Source: Octopus sinensis
Lineage: Eukaryota
Reading direction: 5' to 3'
DNA: 64,000 nt
NCBI RefSeq assembly: GCF_006345805.1
Contig: NC_043011.1
Location: 20,162,464-20,226,463, forward strand
The notes beneath the pieces are model-generated. The model saw only the letters and a list, made by a program, of their open reading frames with translations, did not search any database and was not told where the DNA came from. The translations under genes were made by a program, and so were the position numbers. Shown here piece after piece: positions 51,706 through 64,000 of the stretch (within the stretch, counting starts at the first letter, position 1; every line of letters starts with the position of its first letter).

Positions 51706-53830
51706 TTTTTACAATTAATTACAATTAATGCTTAAGATACATTTAAAGAAAATAAATGCAGTATCTTGACGTTCAAGTTCCTGCCAATAGAATGAGAAAA
51801 TCGTTGGTATTGAAGGAGCAATTTATATCAGCGGCTACAGTAATTTTAATCTACGTAATTATTATTATCACAATTACATTTAATGTGAGACTTAATTCGA
51901 AGAAAATTGATCCCGAAGGTTACTTTTGTGTCATCGTTATCAAAACCCTTCGTTACGATCTTATTCGACGACATACAGAACGAACGTAACTATATAGGTT
52001 ACAGCTAAGGAACAAAATTACTCCCTGGAAAGGTAGCAGTGTAAAGTACAGCAGAAAACAAACAAAAACTGTATGTAAATAGAAGAACGCTGACTATAAG
52101 ACGGCGCAGTGAGTATTGTGATCTAGCAGCGAACTACTGATCTGCAACTAAGTTATCAGGTATATCTTTTAAGGAAGATTATTTTATTGGGAGAAATTAC
52201 CATTTCTGCTTCTATATTTGACAATAATCCATTTAATAAGTGATAAAAATTCTGCCATATCACATTACATAGGAAAAATACAAAATGTGACAAAATTCAG
52301 TCTACCATATTTTTCATTGAACATCTGTTCGGTTTTTTGATTCAATATTTCTATATGAATTTTATGTCCCAAATTATTAGAACACTTATTTTTTTTTTTT
52401 ACTTCTTTTGCTCGCAAAAAATGTTTGAAAAGAAATTACTATAAAGAATCTCAAACGTGAGAAATCCAATCACTTGTACGTATGCCTTCCTCTCGGCAAA
52501 AAACTGGTTTCCATTAGTTTGATTTTATAAAACTTCTAAGATTAACTATTTTACTAGGATTTTCTTAGTGTAGGCTTTTTGGCATTCTCCTTTAAACTTT
52601 GTATGAGTTTGGTAAATTGAAAAATAATAATAAATCATAGAATCATATCGATCTGTCTCCATATTTCCTTCAATGCACTTTATCACTCCGAAATAGACCT
52701 TTGATCGATAAAGCTAATCGCAGTATAGTATTTCTCAATTTTGTCTCTTCTTTTCTTATTATTCATAACATTTTTTTCTTTCTCAGGTAGTTTTAGCCAA
52801 TATACACCGATCATTGAATAAAAGAAGTTTGTGTTCCATTTAATAATCAGAAATACATTTCCCACTTCCATTAAAACATAGAACGATAAATGCATAGCAG
52901 CGATTACATGATATGCCTTTGATATAAGTATTTCTATAAAAGATTAAAATATTTACTGAAAAGGCGAACAACTACAATGTAATTTCAGTTTCCCAAAGCA
53001 TAAAATGTAAGTATAAGTCTTCTAGCTCTTTTCAATTTAATAAGAATTTTATGCACTTTTTCTTTTCTTCTCTATATTTAATTATATCTGAAGTAATATA
53101 TAACGCAATGTAATCCCATTACAATTCTCAGATTTCACAATGCTGAGATATTTTTCAACTCCTAAATTAAAAGTCACATCAATAGCACAAACGTAGGTAA
53201 TTATATTACAAATAAATAATCAGCGTAAAATCACTGATTTAGTTCGGCTAATATATCTGGGAAAATTGATTTAATTCTATTTGTTATTTCAGTTTCAATA
53301 AGCAGTAAGTACTTTCTACAATATTTTGCCTCCGTGTGTAGGATTTCAAATCAAGAATCAAAATTGCTTTGCAACAGAGAAAAGAAAATTAAGATTCTCA
53401 ATTGTTTTACAAACTAATTTGTAAGAATGCATCAATGCAATCAAGTTAATATTTTCTAGCGACTTGTAAGGTTATATAGTGCATGCCTTCTATCTCAATA
53501 CATATTATTATTGATTAGCTCCAAGAGAACTCTGATCGACAGATCTGTATTATTTTGTTTTATTCAGATCTGTCTATTATATAGGTCTACATTAACAAAT
53601 GTACCTTTTATTCTTGCGAAAATGAGGTATAATATAAAGGAAATCTGTCTGCGAGTTCGAGAGTTGAGCGATTTCTCCATTAGGTGTCTTAAGTGAATCC
53701 ACGACCTTGGAAGCGTTACAGACAGGAGGAGTTCTATGCAAGAACAATTTCCCATGACCAGTCTCTTGCAAAAGTTGCAAAGGTGATTCACTTCATCTGA
53801 CATTACAAATGCATATTTACAACCATACAT

Positions 53831-53861
<31 letters not shown>

Positions 53862-54092
53862 CACACATATATATATATATATGTTTGTGTGTGTATGTGT
53901 GTGTTGTGTGGTGTGTGTGTGTGTGTGGATTCACCAGAAGCGATAAATTGCAGGACACAGAACAAGTGTGGAGTATTCTTTGATACAGTGTAAAAGAAAA
54001 CCTCCAATTTCCAGTACTCACAAGTTCTGATCAGCTGCTGATTGATTGATTGATTGATTTATTGATAGATAGGCAGACAGACAGACAGATAG

Positions 54093-57000
54093 ATTTCTTT
54101 ATTAGCCACGCAGGGCCGAACAAAGAGGGGACAATACAAAGTAGAACTTTTCTTCTTTCGAGAAGAAAAATAAATCGATCAAAAGGGATCGAAAGCGTTT
54201 GTGGCGTGTAAACAGCAAAAAAAAGGCGGGGTAAAAATGTAAAAGAGGTTTATCCGTGGAAAGAAAAGCCTACGGAAAAGATCACGGTAACCCCAGGCGG
54301 GGACAGTAACACATGAGAGCAAAGCGCTCTCACTCTCTTTGAAATTTACAAGATCATGCTTAAAGTGGTTTCGTCATTTACGCGTACCATCTTTGCTACA
54401 TTCTCCCATTGAAACTTTTATGAGACAAAACGTGCCTCACTATTCTCACCTTCCTTTTCAAGTGGTACTTGAAAAGTTGATGAGCGACAGGCTAGAAAGG
54501 AAAGCGTTTGTCTCTAAACATTTCACACGAGGCCACCACACAGTCTTTCACCATAGCCACCAGTGCAATGAAAACTGCTTTGCCTTCTCGGTTAAAAGAA
54601 GGTGGCAGGCAATATTCACGATAGACTTGGACGATAACTGAATTCGTCCTACAAGTGACAGCAGCCGTTCGACATAAGCCCACCGGTCTGAAATTGTTGA
54701 ACACTGCACGAGTGCGTGCAGAACGTTGTCGTCGCTCTGACTGCATCTCAGGCAAATGGTTCTGCTGTATCCCGAGCACGTCGGTCAGGTGGACCTTATC
54801 CCGAACGGGCAATGCTTCCCGATAGCACTGGTGATTGTCTATAGGTCCCGGCCCGAAAGTTGTCCTGAAGAGGCGACTCAGGTGTTACCTGTCGACGCCC
54901 AGATTCTCCCCAAGAACGTCGCCGCACCTCCCCTCCACTAATCCTCTATAGAACGACTTCGTGGAAATGAAGTCGCACAAGTTTGGCGCCGGACGGCAGA
55001 GATGCTTGAGAGCAAGGTGTCACTCGTGGTGTCATTCGCCTAGCCTCGGTCTCTGTTTGATCCATGACAGCAGTTCGGCCAAAGAGACGAGTTGCGGGAA
55101 AGCGCCTCACAAACGGTGACCACACCTGTTCATCGCCGTCTATGAAGCGCCGGAGATGACGCAGTCTCAGCGCATGTCTGCTCATTATTAACCACGGCAT
55201 GCCCAGCATCCGTTTAGCGGGTGTTGACAGCAAGTGGATTGCCTAACCATCGGAACGCTTATCTCCCACAAAAAGCGGAAGAATATGCGTTCCAGTTTGG
55301 TGATGGTAGTGTCGGGACAAGGCACGACGGTCAGACGGTAATAGATGACGGATGCGATCTACATTTTTGCTACCTCCACCCGGCCTTTTAAAGATAGCTT
55401 TCTCTGGGTCCATTGCTGGGTGAGAGTGACCACCCTACTAGTTATTTCATCCCAGTTCTTCTCCATTTGGAGGTCCGGTCCGAACCAGACCCAAGCAATG
55501 TAACCAGTCCGTCAGTCCAGTGTCTCACGATCGAGACGCTATTGGATGGCATGGGCACTGTTTCTCAATGTGCCGATCCACAAGCCCACTGACTTTTCCG
55601 AGTTAATTTTCGCTCCCGTTACCGATTCATATTCTTGTAGTGTCTCGCCGACGAAGTCGATATGCCTGCTGCTCGATACTATGACGGTGAAGTCGTCTTC
55701 TTATGCAGACACGCACCTCCCACATCTCAGTCCTCCCATGGTGCCCCTCAGCCTCGCAGTAGTGGCGCTCTACAGTAAATACGTACAGAAGAGACGAGAG
55801 GGGTCATACTTGACAGACCGAACGCGTGATGTTAAATAGTCTGGATAGATGACCATTAACGCGAACTACCGAGCGGATGCCGCTGTATAAGGCAGCGATC
55901 CAACTGCGGAAGACAGGACCGAAACAAGCCACCCTAAGGACAGCCTCCAAATAGCGATGGTCGACCCTATCGAAAGCTTTCCATTGCTCCAAATTGATCA
56001 TCACCCCACCCATGCCAGGTTCCTTAACTACACTGTCAATGATGTAGCGCATCAGATGGAGGTTGTCATGGATACTCCTACCCGGCACGGCGCATGTTTG
56101 CGTCTTGTCGACCAGTTTCACCAATTTCTCGGCTAGCACCTTGGCCAAAATCTTCAAATCTGCGTTGAGCAGAGTGATGGGTCTGATGTTATCTACGACG
56201 TTTCCCTTGTTTGGGTTTTTCTTAGCTCACAAAACTGGGAATACTCCCGCTTTGCTGCCACTTGTAGTAAACTGCTGCTAAGACGCCTCCAAACAACTCT
56301 GGTATATGACAATAAAGCTCGTAAGGCAGACCATCGAAGCCTGGCAACTTGTCTCCCACGCAGCCTGCCATCGCATCCCGTACGCACGCGGCTTTGATGG
56401 GTCTTTCACAACACTCTGCCTCTTTTGCCGAGAGTCGTGGTGGACCATGCAGGTAGGCACTAAAATCCACTCTGCGTTCTGACCCACCAGTTGTCCCGAA
56501 CAGTCGGGCAAAGTTCTGTTGAAATGCCTCACACATCCTTTCGGGTTCGAATAATTTGCGACCTGCTCATCTGTCAGAGACCTTATGATGGCTTTGTTGT
56601 CTCGTTGTGCCTCCGCCACTCGGGTCTCTCAGGCATCCTTGCTCTGACAACGCATCCTCCTTGTTTGGCGTTGAAGTTTTGGTCGTGGGCCAGATTCGCC
56701 GCCAGCATGTTGAACGCAATTCCATTTCTATGTGCTTCTTCTAAAGGTCCAGATGTTTCCAGGAAAACATCTAGACGTCGAAAGAAATCCGGCCGACCTG
56801 TTAAGGACGGTGCATAAACTGTTATCAGTCGAAAAGCGTACCCATTACTGCCATCAGCACCCAAGACGACTAGCCTAACCTCCAGGTCTATGAATATTGC
56901 TCTTACTTTGAGGCCCAGACTCTTCCGAAAAAGCACCGCGGTACCATCTCCTCCCATTCTCGGCAGACACGGAGGAAAATAAATGTCGAATTGTTCGTAG

Positions 57001-57800
57001 AACATGTGCTGGAGAGCCCACGGGTTGTGGAGTCTTGTCTCACTGATAGCTATGATATGCACATTCTGTGACTTGATGTCATTTAATAGGTAGCCTTGTT
57101 TCCAAGGCGACCCCAAGCCACGCATATTTATACAACCTATTCTATGTTCCTATCGAAAGTTGTGCTTTACACACAAAAGGAAAAGGAGAGAGAAAAAGAG
57201 AGAGAGAGAATGTGTATCACTTACCGTTCGAAAGTTGGTTGTTCTTCACCTCACAATCTTCTCTCAGAAGGTTTTTGCATAATGTTTTTGATAAGTACAT
57301 TTGAAATCTCCCTACCGCATCCGGATAGGGAAATTTCAGTGTGTTGTGTGTGTTTTGTGTCAGGTTTATGATATTTTTTTGTGTGTGTTGTGATGGTGTT
57401 GTGCGAGAGTGATTGTTTGTTTCGACATTGTCTTCTGTTATGTTGGTGTTTAACCTAATATATTGCATTAGGTCTGGATTGTTTGTGTTTATTGCTGTCA
57501 GCATTGTGGGTCCATTTGGTGTTTGTGTGTTTGTATAGTTGGTGATAATGTGTGTGTCTTGTGCGGGAGCTGTGTTTTCGGGAATAGCAATTCTTCTTGC
57601 CTTCATTGATTGCGTGTCTTTTCGTTTTTTTCCCTTTTTCTTCTCCCCGTTGGGGCCATTTGCCATTCTTCTGTATCGCCTTTGTCCGACGACATGTCGG
57701 AGAAATCAGAAGAGAGGGGAAGGATATTGGAATTAATTTGTGAGTATATTGTTGTAGCTCTTCCCTTCCTACTTGTTGGGAAGGAACGCTTGCGTCAGTA
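54093..57800 (-). mobile_element. Decayed L1/Tx1-clade LINE of the same group (ORF2 ~57150-54346, internal deletion near 56750, short upstream ORF ending at 57217)
   Basis: GCINMRGLG...ISETRL, PGFDGLPYELY, RPITLLNADLKILAK, PGRSIHDNLHLMRY, KAFDRVDHRYL, LGMPWLIMSRHALRLRHL. The 3' end TTTGTATTGTCCCCTCTTTGTTCGGCCCTGCGTGGCTAATAAAGAAAT is followed by a (TCTA/TCTG/TCAA)n tract. Confidence 0.9.
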
Positions 57801-57879
57801 TGCGTATTGTTGTTCAAATGTGTGTGTGTGTATGAGTGAGTACATCAATGTTTTCTTTTTTGTTCGACTTGTTCGGTGT

Positions 57880-58200
57880 GGCTAATTGTGAGAATTTCAT
57901 CTCTAATTCTAGCGATCTCTTGATACAGATGACGACTAATTTTTTTGTACATATTGCTAAAAGCATGGAAATACTCATGGATCGATATTCTATTTCTCAT
58001 AAGGAATATGGTCGCAAAATTAATATGGAGAAAACCATAGTCTTCTTCCATACGTAAATTTATTCATCTCAGTTGAAGGAACAGAAATAGACGACAATTT
58101 CCTCTGTCTGGGCAGCATCCTCAGCCGTTCGTGCATTTTTAATGAAATATCACTCAGGTTTTAGAATTTAATTGAATCCTTTACGGTCTTGAATTTCGAG
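57880..58200 (+). mobile_element. RTE-type LINE RT remnant
   Basis: IAKSMEILMDRYS...EYGRKINMEKT.VF and NFLCLGSILS. Confidence 0.6.
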
Positions 58201-58663
58201 TCTAGTCCCGTGAATTTGGCCGTGTTAAAATCTCGGATCCTTAACAAGCATAAATATCCTTGAGCGATTGTACTCAAGATATCAAAATGTATTCTTGATA
58301 CCAGCTTATCCTCACGTGCTCATATGAATATTTAAAGTGTTAACTATTGACACAATGGAATGCGGGACCTTTTACATTAAACCGAACACATAAATTAATG
58401 ATGAAAATATTTCGGAATAGATGCATGTCTTAAGCATATATGCTGAAAGCCCCTTCTGCACAAACCATGTCTTATGTAAAGTCTTCCTTTAGAGCATTTA
58501 GTATGAGATCAAATGGGAAAGGAATGCTTTTGACAGTCACCAATAAAGGAAATCATTAAGAATGGTGTTGGTTGTTTTTAAAAGTGTGCGTTTCCCTTGT
58601 GGAATTGATTGAACTGCACGAAAAAGTGCAATTTATAAAGTTTGATGGAGAAAATTTGCTTTC

Positions 58664-58713
<50 letters not shown>

Positions 58714-58717
<4 letters not shown>

Positions 58718-58915
58718 AGAGTTTACGAAAAAAGCAAAAGACGAAGACAGTTGGTGTACAAAACAAACAGATGTATTAGTATAACGCTCAGGAATAGGAA
58801 AAGTCTTTTACGTTTCGAGCATACGCTCTTCTACAGAAAGGGACACAGAAAAAACAAGGAGGGAAACAAGGAGAGAAAAATATGTGTACAGTGGCTAACG
58901 ATCTATCATGGCGAC
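58714..58915 (-). mobile_element. Penelope-derived short repeat (copy 5 of 6)
   Basis: Core at 58805-58840 reads CTTT-CTGTAGA-A-GAGC-GTAT-GCTC-GAAAC-GTA-AAAG on the minus strand; abuts (TA)n. Confidence 0.7.
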
Positions 58916-59304
58916 TATATATAGTTACATATATGTCATTCCAGAACTGAGATCATTAGTCACAAACGAGGTCATCAGTTCAGAAAAAATGTTTATGATA
59001 GCATGTGCATTACTAATGATTGTGTAGCACTTAATATGTATGAAGGTTTGCAAGTCTTTCTGATTGGTTGGAAAGCAATGCGATACACATTCGACTATGC
59101 TTCGATATATTCATATGCACATTACAAAGCTTTGGTTGTAAGGTTTGTCAAAAAACATGTAAGAACATAATGAGCTTAAATACCTGCTGTCGATAACTCG
59201 ATTCTTTTAATAGTCAATGTTAGTATATGCGTATTTGTATATATATATGAGTGTGCATATGTGTATATATATATATATATATGTGTGTGTGTATAAATGT
59301 ATAT

Positions 59305-59340
<36 letters not shown>

Positions 59341-59439
59341 ATTAGAAAAAGAACACCTTTTATCAATTCAAAATGAACAATTAAATTACACCATCTAGAA
59401 AATTACATATAAAAGAAATATTAAAATTAATATAAAAAA

Positions 59440-59602
59440 GGCGCAGGACTGGTTGTGTGGTAAGTAGCTTGCTAACCAACCACATGGTTCCGGGTTCTGT
59501 CCCACTGCGTGGCATCTTGGGCAAGTGTCTTCTGCTATAGCCCCGGGCCGACCAATGCCTTGTGAGTGGATTTGGTAGACGGAAACTGAAAGAAGCCTGT
59601 CG

Positions 59603-59650
<48 letters not shown>

Positions 59651-59844
59651 TCCCCCAAGTATTGCTTGACAACCGATGCTGGTGTGTTTACGTCCCCGTT
59701 ACTTAGCGGTTCGGCAAAAGAGACCGATAGAATAAGTAATGGGCTTACAAAGAATAAGTCCCGGGGTCGATTTGCTCGACTAACGGCGGTGCTCCAGCAT
59801 GGCCGCAGTCAAATGACTGAAACAAGTAAAAGAGTAAAAGAGTA
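59440..59844 (+). mobile_element. tRNA-derived SINE family A, full length
   Basis: GGCGCAGGACTGGTTGTGTGGTAAG...GGTTCCGGGTTC head; tail GAAACAAGTAAAAGAGTAAAAGAGTA. Confidence 0.9.
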
Positions 59845-60014
59845 ATAAAATATCAATGATTAAATAAATTGCAAAATAAATAATAAAAACTTATATAATT
59901 GGTGTTTTTTTTTAATTTTATATATATATTGTGCGCAATTTGATTTAGTATTTCTAAATTGAAATTTTTTCCCTGCAAGTTAGGATTTATAATCATTCAA
60001 ATAATAATAATTAT

Positions 60015-60051
<37 letters not shown>

Positions 60052-60364
60052 CCAAATGCGCATGTGTGTGTGGAGTGAGGCAGAAAGATAGTGAGATTGC
60101 TCAAATATAACGTAAGTGTAAAAGAATATTTCTTCATGCAGTATTTTAGAAGAGTGATATATGAAAATGAATTAATTCTGATTCAGAACGTTCATACATT
60201 ATATAATACTGGCCAAAGCGATGCAACACGAAAATTAAGATAATTATATATGTGTATGTCTATGTGTGTGTATTCATGAGTATGTATATTCATAGACATA
60301 TAAATATATATATAAATATATCTATATATATATATATAATATATATATATATAGATACATATAT

Positions 60365-60435
<71 letters not shown>

Positions 60436-60519
60436 ACATACATACACACATATATATATATATATTATATATATATATATATATACATACATACACACAT
60501 ATATATATATATATATATA

Positions 60520-61140
60520 TAAAACATTATTGGTGAATTGAAGAAATGGAGCTGAACGCAGATTGAACAGAAATCGTTTTATTTCATTCTACACGTGTTT
60601 CGAAAGGCACAAATTACCAAAATCCGATTGAATAATGGGACCATATTGTGTCTTTCTCTTCAGGAAGAAAAAAGGAAATCCATTGGAAAAACAAAAACAG
60701 AACAGAGGCGGAGCAAAAAACAAATCGAACTGTGCTCCTAAGAGCCCATGGCGAAACTGTTTATCAGTGTATGTTGAGAACCGGTGGCTGAAGAATTCAA
60801 CGGGTCAGGCATCGGTCAATCATGTGGGTGACCCACATGATTGACCGATGCCTGACCCGTTGAATTCTTCAGCCACCGGTTCTCAACATACACTGATAAA
60901 CAGTTTCGCCATGGGCTCTTAGGAGCACAGTTCGATTTGTTTTTTGCTCCGCCTCTGTTCTGTTTTTGTTTTTCCAATGGATTTCCTTTTTTCTTCCTGA
61001 AGAGAAAGACACAATATGGTCCCATTATTCAATCGGATTTTGGTAATTTGTGCCTTTCGAAACACGTGTAGAATGAAATAAAACGATTTCTGTTCAATCT
61101 GCGTTCAGCTCCATTTCTTCAATTCACCAATAATGTTTTA
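60520..61140. repeat. 621-bp palindrome: two 310-bp arms with a 1-nt centre (60830), no mismatch seen
   Basis: Positions pair with sum 121660. The two mirror ORFs (60635+ and 61025-) translate identically up to the centre. Confidence 0.95.
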
Positions 61141-61284
61141 ATTTCAATTATCCGCACCAACGCACGGTTGCAACGCCAGATGGTTGTACCTCCAACCGTG
61201 CTGTTTACTGCTGTGATTTTTGCTACTAAGGTATCGGTTAAACTTTTGATTAATCTACTACAAGATTATTCATCTTTCTATTTC

Positions 61285-61343
61285 ACATAATATATATATA
61301 TATAATATATATATATAGTGGTTTTGTCTCAAATAATATTTTA

Positions 61344-61429
<86 letters not shown>

Positions 61430-61510
61430 GTATATATATGTATATATATATATATATATATATCTATATATATATGTATATGTATATATATATATGTATA
61501 TATATATATG

Positions 61511-61576
<66 letters not shown>

Positions 61577-61771
61577 CATATGTATATATATATTATATAT
61601 TTATATATATATATATATATATACTATATATATATAATACATATATATATATATACATATATATCTATATACATATATATATAATATACATATATATATA
61701 TATACATATATATATATGTATATATATATATACATATATACATATATATATATATATACATATATATATAC

Positions 61772-61839
<68 letters not shown>

Positions 61840-61860
61840 CATATACATATATATATATAC

Positions 61861-61902
<42 letters not shown>

Positions 61903-61967
61903 TATACATATACATATATATATATACATATACATATACATATATATATATATACATATATATATAC

Positions 61968-62021
<54 letters not shown>

Positions 62022-62045
62022 ATGTATGTATATATATATGTATAT
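61285..62045. repeat. Long (TA)n/(TATG)/(TACA) low-complexity tract
   Basis: Seen directly; it generates the spurious IYIY ORFs. Confidence 0.95.
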
Positions 62046-62862
62046 TCTTGACATTGATAGCATGTCTTCAAAGACCACAGGTGGATAGAATTAGTTGCTT
62101 CTACTTCAGTCAACAGTGAATGACAAAGAGCGTAGTTTTAGAAAGAAAGCTGATTTTATTGCATAAAGCAAATGGTGTTACAGTAGCATTTAACTACTAT
62201 TGATTTTGCTGTTTTTTCCAATATTCTTGATTGGAGATTTCATTTCCCTGTGGTTCATATGCCAGATGCAACAGAATTTTTTTTTCAAACTAGACCTGCC
62301 ATAGTAGTGTACGGACAACAACACATCCAGAATTAGTAATTTTCTGAAAAAAGTGCCACAAGGATCTGTTATGTATCATACTTTTTAACCTATACTAGCA
62401 GGACATTCCAGAATATCTTAAAGCATCTTTAGTAATAGCATGCCATTTACATTGCCATTGTCATGACTATTTCATCAGCATGTTAACTCTGATTTTTAAA
62501 AATATCTTTAGATACCACCTATCAACCCATGATCTTGTAGTCATCACCAAAATTTACACGCGTGTAAGACGAGAACTTTAACGAAGACTTTACATGGTTG
62601 TTTTACTTACAAGATGCATCAGCCAAGCTTCCCTCAAATAACGCTGTATTGTCTTAGAAAAGAACTCATTGATCAAACATAGCTCTTGATATAATCGGTT
62701 GAGGAAGTCATAGCTAAAACGCATTTCACAATTTGCCAAACAACGACTGATTGACCCGGAGTTACAATTCAACAGGGTTACTAGTGGGTCACTAAGTATT
62801 CGCTCAAACTGCTAAAAACTGCTAGCTAAGCCCCTGCAAATCCAACCAAACTATCTTTAAAA

Positions 62863-63050
62863 AGGGAGAGTTTACGAAAGAACAAAAGACGAAGACAGGT
62901 GGTGTACAAAACAAACAGATGTGTTAGTATAACCCTCAGGAATAGAAAAAGCCTTTTACGTTTCGAACCTACGCTCTTCTACAGAAAGGTATACAGAAAA
63001 AAACAAGGAGAGAAAAACAAATGTGTGTAGTGGCTAACGATCTACCATGA
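62863..63050 (-). mobile_element. Penelope-derived short repeat (copy 6 of 6)
   Basis: Same family; core at 62953-62988. Confidence 0.7.
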
Positions 63051-63397
63051 AAGCATGTTGGGCTATAGTTCCCGAATACAGAATGTCTGAAAACACGAAA
63101 GAAAAGATGGACTGGTCGTGGCTGGAAAACTTTTGTTAAATCTACTGAGTCAAACCTGACCTAGGGCTCAAAAATAGCAAAACTAAAATGCAAAAATGAC
63201 TTGGGCAAAACAAAGAGTAAAGTGTCTTAGCCGTTGCGCTACATGATTACCAGCTGTGTTTTGAAATGTGAGTATTGTAAGGCTACATGGAATTATGGTT
63301 TACCTCAGTATTTCCCAACACCCCTATGATGAAGAGATGGATCGAGCAATACCGCTCCTTCTATTTTTCATTGTGATATTACATTGAATACATTGAA

Positions 63398-64000
63398 TGA
63401 CGAGCTGGAAGAAACGTTAGCACGCCGGGCGAAATGCTTAGCGGTATTTAGTCTGCCGCTACGTTCTGAGTTCAAATTCCGCCGATGTCGACTTTGCCTT
63501 TCATCCTTTCGGGGTCGATAAATTAAGTACCAGTTACGAACTGGGGTCGATGTAATCGACTTAATTCCTATGTCTGTCCTTGTTTGTCCCCTCTATGTTT
63601 AGCACCTTGTGGGTAATGAAGAGATAGAAATAGGTATTTAGTCTGCCGCTACGTTCTGAGTTCAAATTCCAACGAGGTCGACTTTGCCTGTCATCCTTTC
63701 GGGGTCGATTAAAATAAGTACCAGTTACGCACTGGGGTCGATATAATCGACTTAATCCGTTTGTCTGTCCTTGTTTGTCCTCGCTGTGTTTAGTCCCTTG
63801 TGGGTAGTAAAGAAATGGGTATTTCGTCTGCTGTTACGTTCTGAGTTCAAATTCCGCCGAGGTGTACTTTGATTTTTATCCTTTCAGGGTCGATAAATTA
63901 AATATCGGTTACGCACTGGGTTCGATGTAATCGACTTAATCCCTTTGTCTGTCCTTGTTTGTCCCCTCTATGCTTAGCCCTTTGTAGGCAATAAAGAAAT
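63398..64000 (+). mobile_element. SINE family C head-to-tail concatemer (3 units: 63398-63632, 63633-63817, 63818-64000)
   Basis: Each unit ends in (C/G)CC(C)TT(G/T)T(G/A)GG(T/C)A(A/G)T(A/G)AAGA(A/G)AT. Units 2 and 3 restart at GGTATTT inside the head. Confidence 0.9.

Noticed and set aside
61285-62113. [16 protein letters not shown] ORFs here and throughout the window
   Set aside because: They are translations of (TA)n, (GT)n and (GATA)n microsatellites.

Overview
AT-rich, microsatellite-dense animal genomic DNA with no host protein-coding exon I could recognise. The repeat complement resembles octopus/cephalopod DNA (inference only). It includes tRNA-derived SINEs of several families, Tc1/mariner remnants, Penelope-type pLTR remnants with hammerhead-like cores, and decayed RTE, CR1-like, R4/Dong and HERO LINE pieces. 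The outstanding locus is 32545-42443. A 9.9-kb insert with Helitron-type ends (5' TC, 3' hairpin + CTTG, A|T target, no TSD) splits a 34-bp minisatellite unit exactly. Inside it is a head-to-tail array of L1/Tx1-clade retrotransposon modules: ORF1a-tail, ORF1b-tail, ORF1c-ORF2(EN-RT)-tail, then a fourth ORF1 fragment. The ORF1 paralogues are highly divergent but share an RRM-like region and, in the three near-complete copies, a CCHC knuckle and a charged tract before a variable C-terminal domain. Each of the first three modules ends in the same ~50-60-bp 3' tail containing AATAAA. That tail also ends a second, minus-strand LINE (54093-57800) and the most abundant SINE family here, which itself forms head-to-tail concatemers. 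A consensus 5' splice-site motif (GGTAAGT) sits at the ORF1 stop in three elements. Also notable are an apparently perfect 621-bp palindrome (60520-61140) and six co-oriented Penelope-derived repeats with a variant hammerhead core. All family assignments come from motif recognition by eye, not database searches.
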